Shown here: in pieces, positions 61,421-64,000 of the stretch
Layout of the letters: every line of letters begins with the position of its first letter
Position numbering within the stretch: the first letter of the stretch is position 1
Made by a program: the position numbers and the translations under genes
The notes under the pieces: generated by a model
The model's database searches: none
The model's input: only the letters and a program-made list of their open reading frames with translations
Told to the model about the DNA's origin: nothing
DNA from: Myxococcota bacterium
GTDB taxonomy: Bacteria; Myxococcota_A; Polyangia; Nannocystales; Nannocystaceae
Direction of reading: 5' to 3'
Assembly: GCA_039028615.1 (NCBI GenBank)
Contig: JBCCHT010000028.1
Coordinates: 64,001-128,000 of the forward strand
Length of the DNA: 64,000 nucleotides

Positions 61421-64000
61421 CTACAGCTTCTGCTCAATCCAACCATTGACGCGTTGTGCCATCGGCTCATTGCCGAGTTCACTGAATCCCTTCGCCGCCT
61501 GCTCGGCCAGCGTCCGCGCCTCGGCGCTACGCTCCGCCGACGGCCCGGGCTGCGCCACCAGGACCTTCGCGAGGTTCCAGCGGAGCGCATTGAACATCGC
61601 CGGGTTCTGCGACAGTCCTCGTGACACCCCGAGCGCGCGCCGAATCGTGCGCGCCGCCTCTTCGTAGTCCCCTTCGGACGCCTGCAAGCTCCCCAGGCCG
61701 TACAGCGGGTAGATGAGGCGCGGGTCGTCGGGCTCGGCGTGCTCGTCCAGCACCCGCAGCGCCCGCTCGTAGCGTGGCCGGGCGCGTTCGAACTCCCCCT
61801 TGGTCATGAAGCAATCGCCCACGTTGCTGTCGAGCATGCCCAGCTCGACCTGGTTGGGGCTGGCCATGCTCCGCAGGGCCTCCGCAGACCGGTCATAGGC
61901 ACCGATGGCGGCGTCGATGTCTCCCGCCATACGGTGCAGGCTCGCCCGCAGCATCCACGCCTCGCTGGCGAGCATGGGGGAGACCCGAGGCCCGAGGCTG
62001 CGCTCGATGAGGTCGGCCTGCGTCGTCGCCTCCTCGATCTCGCGATGCGTCTGGTGGATCCGCGCCAGCTTCAGGCGGCTGCGGATCGCCGATGGCGTGG
62101 ACTCACCGTAGATGCCCACGCGAAGCTCGATCGAGCGCAGCAGCAGCGGGCGCGCCTGGTCGTGGTCCCCTCGAATGAAGTGTAGGTAGCCCTTTTCGTC
62201 GCACAACGCCGCGACCATCGGCAGCAAGCTCTCGCGCTCCGCGACCTCCAGAGCCTCATCGAATACCGCGAGCGCCTCGTCGTCTCGTTTTGCGTCCCGA
62301 TACGCCCGCCCGAGCAACATCAGGCCGCGCGCGAGCTCGAGCTCGTGGCCCGGTCCCGCCTCGCGACGCCACGCGGTGGCTTCGACGAGGGCCTCGGCCG
62401 CCGCGTCGTGCTGCTTGCGAAACGACGCCACCATCCCCTCGAGCTGCTGTGTGGTGGCCACCGCATCGGGGCCCGCCGCCGACAGCTTGCCGCGAAGGCT
62501 GGGCATCCATGCATCGATGGCCGACGCGTCGCCCTCGTCCACGGCCACCGCCAGCAGACGGCGCAGCGCGTCGACGGCCAGCCCCTGGTCACCGGAGGCC
62601 TCCGCCATCTGCAGCGCCAACGCGAGGTCCTCGCGAGCTTCCTGTAGGCGTCGGGCCCAGCGATAAAGATGACCGCGGTTGTACAGAGCCTCGGCCAGCA
62701 GGCGCGGCGCCTCGTCCAGCGCCCTCGCCTGCTCGACCGCCGTCTCGGCCTGATCCAAGCCACGCGCGCCCTCACCCGCCGCCTGCGAGACCCAGGAACG
62801 AGCAATGGACGCCCGGACATCTCGCGCGGGGCCCTCCAACGCCGCGGGCACGGGCGAAGGGCCGCGATGCAGGGCTTGTTCGTCGTTGCACTCCTGCAAC
62901 GAAGGAAGGCTGCGCACCAGGGCCGCAGCGTGAGCCGCCGTGCTCGCGTTCGCCTGCGCCAGCTGCTCGACCACCGCCTCGAGCCCCACGGAGTGGCGAT
63001 CGAGGCACGCCATGCGTAGGGCCAAGGTCTCGTCCCCCGCCCGGTGGTGCACCCGTGTCTGCATGCACGCGTCCATGCGCGCGTCGGACCACTGCTCCGC
63101 GTAGCGCGACAAGTGGGTCTGCGCCTGCTCCCACGCGGCCGTGCCCCGCTCGGCATCGGCCGCCTCGAGCCCCGACCGAACCGCGGTCTCGTCGGCATCG
63201 GTCCAGCCCGGCACCTCCGCCTCGGCCAGCGTCTCGCACGGGCGCTCGTTCCACATCGCAAACGAACCCGCCGCGACCGCGCCTCCCACCGCCCCGAGGG
63301 CTCCGAGTCCGAACACCGCGCTGCGGATCCGCCGTCGCCGTCGAGGGACTCGCTCAAGTTCATCGAGCAAGGCCCGCATGCTGTCGAAGCGCTCCGCCGG
63401 CTCGGGTGAGAGGCCTCGGAGCACCACCTGCCGCAGCCAGGGCGGCACCACGCCGGGGAACGGAGCTTCGCGCGGCTCGATGCACTGCTGCTCCTCGATC
63501 GCCACCAGCAAGGCGCTGGCCGTCCCGCCCGCGAAGGGCCGCACGCCGTACAGCGCCTCGAACAGCGAGACACAAAAGCCGAACTGATCACTGCGAGCAT
63601 CGGCCCCGCGTCCCCGCAGCTGCTCGGGAGCCATATACGCCACCGTGCCCAGCACCGTGCCCGGTCGCGTCAGCTCCAAGGCGAGCGCCGAGCCCCCGGG
63701 ATTGGTCTCGAGGGTGTCCGGTTCGGACTGGGCGTCCTCGCTGCGATCCCGCACGAGCCCGAAGTCCAGCACCCGCACCCGCCCCTCGTCGTCGATGATG
63801 CAGTTGGCGGGCTTGAAGTCGCGGTGCACCATGCCCTCGCCGTGGGCCGCCACCAAGCCGCGCCCCGCCTGCGTATAGACCTGCAGGCACGCTCTCCACC
63901 CCCGCGGCTCGGCTTGCCACTCGCGAAGCGTCTGCCCCGAGACGAGCTCCATCGCGATGAACAGGCGCCCGTCGAAGTACCCCGTCTCGTAGACCTGCAC
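61421..64000 (-). CDS. Ser/Thr protein kinase with TM helix and TPR repeats, 5' truncated by window edge
   Basis: IAMELV, HRDFKPAN, LDFG, GTVAYMAPE, DQFGFC; TM segment after RRRRRIR; TPR repeats. Confidence 0.92.
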   Translation of the reverse strand: MQVYETGYFDGRLFIAMELVSGQTLREWQAEPRGWRACLQVYTQAGRGLVAAHGEGMVHRDFKPANCIIDDEGRVRVLDFGLVRDRSEDAQSEPDTLETNPGGSALALELTRPGTVLGTVAYMAPEQLRGRGADARSDQFGFCVSLFEALYGVRPFAGGTASALLVAIEEQQCIEPREAPFPGVVPPWLRQVVLRGLSPEPAERFDSMRALLDELERVPRRRRRIRSAVFGLGALGAVGGAVAAGSFAMWNERPCETLAEAEVPGWTDADETAVRSGLEAADAERGTAAWEQAQTHLSRYAEQWSDARMDACMQTRVHHRAGDETLALRMACLDRHSVGLEAVVEQLAQANASTAAHAAALVRSLPSLQECNDEQALHRGPSPVPAALEGPARDVRASIARSWVSQAAGEGARGLDQAETAVEQARALDEAPRLLAEALYNRGHLYRWARRLQEAREDLALALQMAEASGDQGLAVDALRRLLAVAVDEGDASAIDAWMPSLRGKLSAAGPDAVATTQQLEGMVASFRKQHDAAAEALVEATAWRREAGPGHELELARGLMLLGRAYRDAKRDDEALAVFDEALEVAERESLLPMVAALCDEKGYLHFIRGDHDQARPLLLRSIELRVGIYGESTPSAIRSRLKLARIHQTHREIEEATTQADLIERSLGPRVSPMLASEAWMLRASLHRMAGDIDAAIGAYDRSAEALRSMASPNQVELGMLDSNVGDCFMTKGEFERARPRYERALRVLDEHAEPDDPRLIYPLYGLGSLQASEGDYEEAARTIRRALGVSRGLSQNPAMFNALRWNLAKVLVAQPGPSAERSAEARTLAEQAAKGFSELGNEPMAQRVNGWIEQKL

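Overview
Very GC-rich bacterial DNA. The gene content (three Ser/Thr kinase-TM-TPR receptors, many Cys-rich and CAP lipoproteins, an IgGFc-binding-like protein) suggests Myxococcota, probably Nannocystaceae-like; this is an inference. Housekeeping and metabolic genes include carA-carB, fhs, mmuM, an ArsR-methyltransferase (SahR-like) regulator with metH, an ABC-F protein, an RluA/RluD-type pseudouridine synthase, a CaiB CoA-transferase and several oxidoreductases. There is a glycogen module with a single MalQ-GlgB fusion ORF followed by a GH57/DUF3536 gene. There is also an MrfA/MrfB-like (YprA/YprB) repair pair whose helicase has an in-frame TAG at the motif III Ser, and an orphan Mod-like DNA methyltransferase. 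I found no rRNA, tRNA, CRISPR array, integrase or transposase. The most notable observations are: (i) a ~320-bp structured intergenic element with 77-bp inverted arms and a third competing copy; (ii) two receptor kinases each directly followed by a unique leaderless beta-rich protein with an Asp-Pro motif near its C-terminus; (iii) eukaryote-type carA and carB abutting in frame (TAG-ATG); (iv) the MalQ-GlgB fusion; (v) a divergent CAP-lipoprotein triplet. All calls come from motif recognition by eye; no searches were run. Start codons were re-chosen where the ORF track over-extends.
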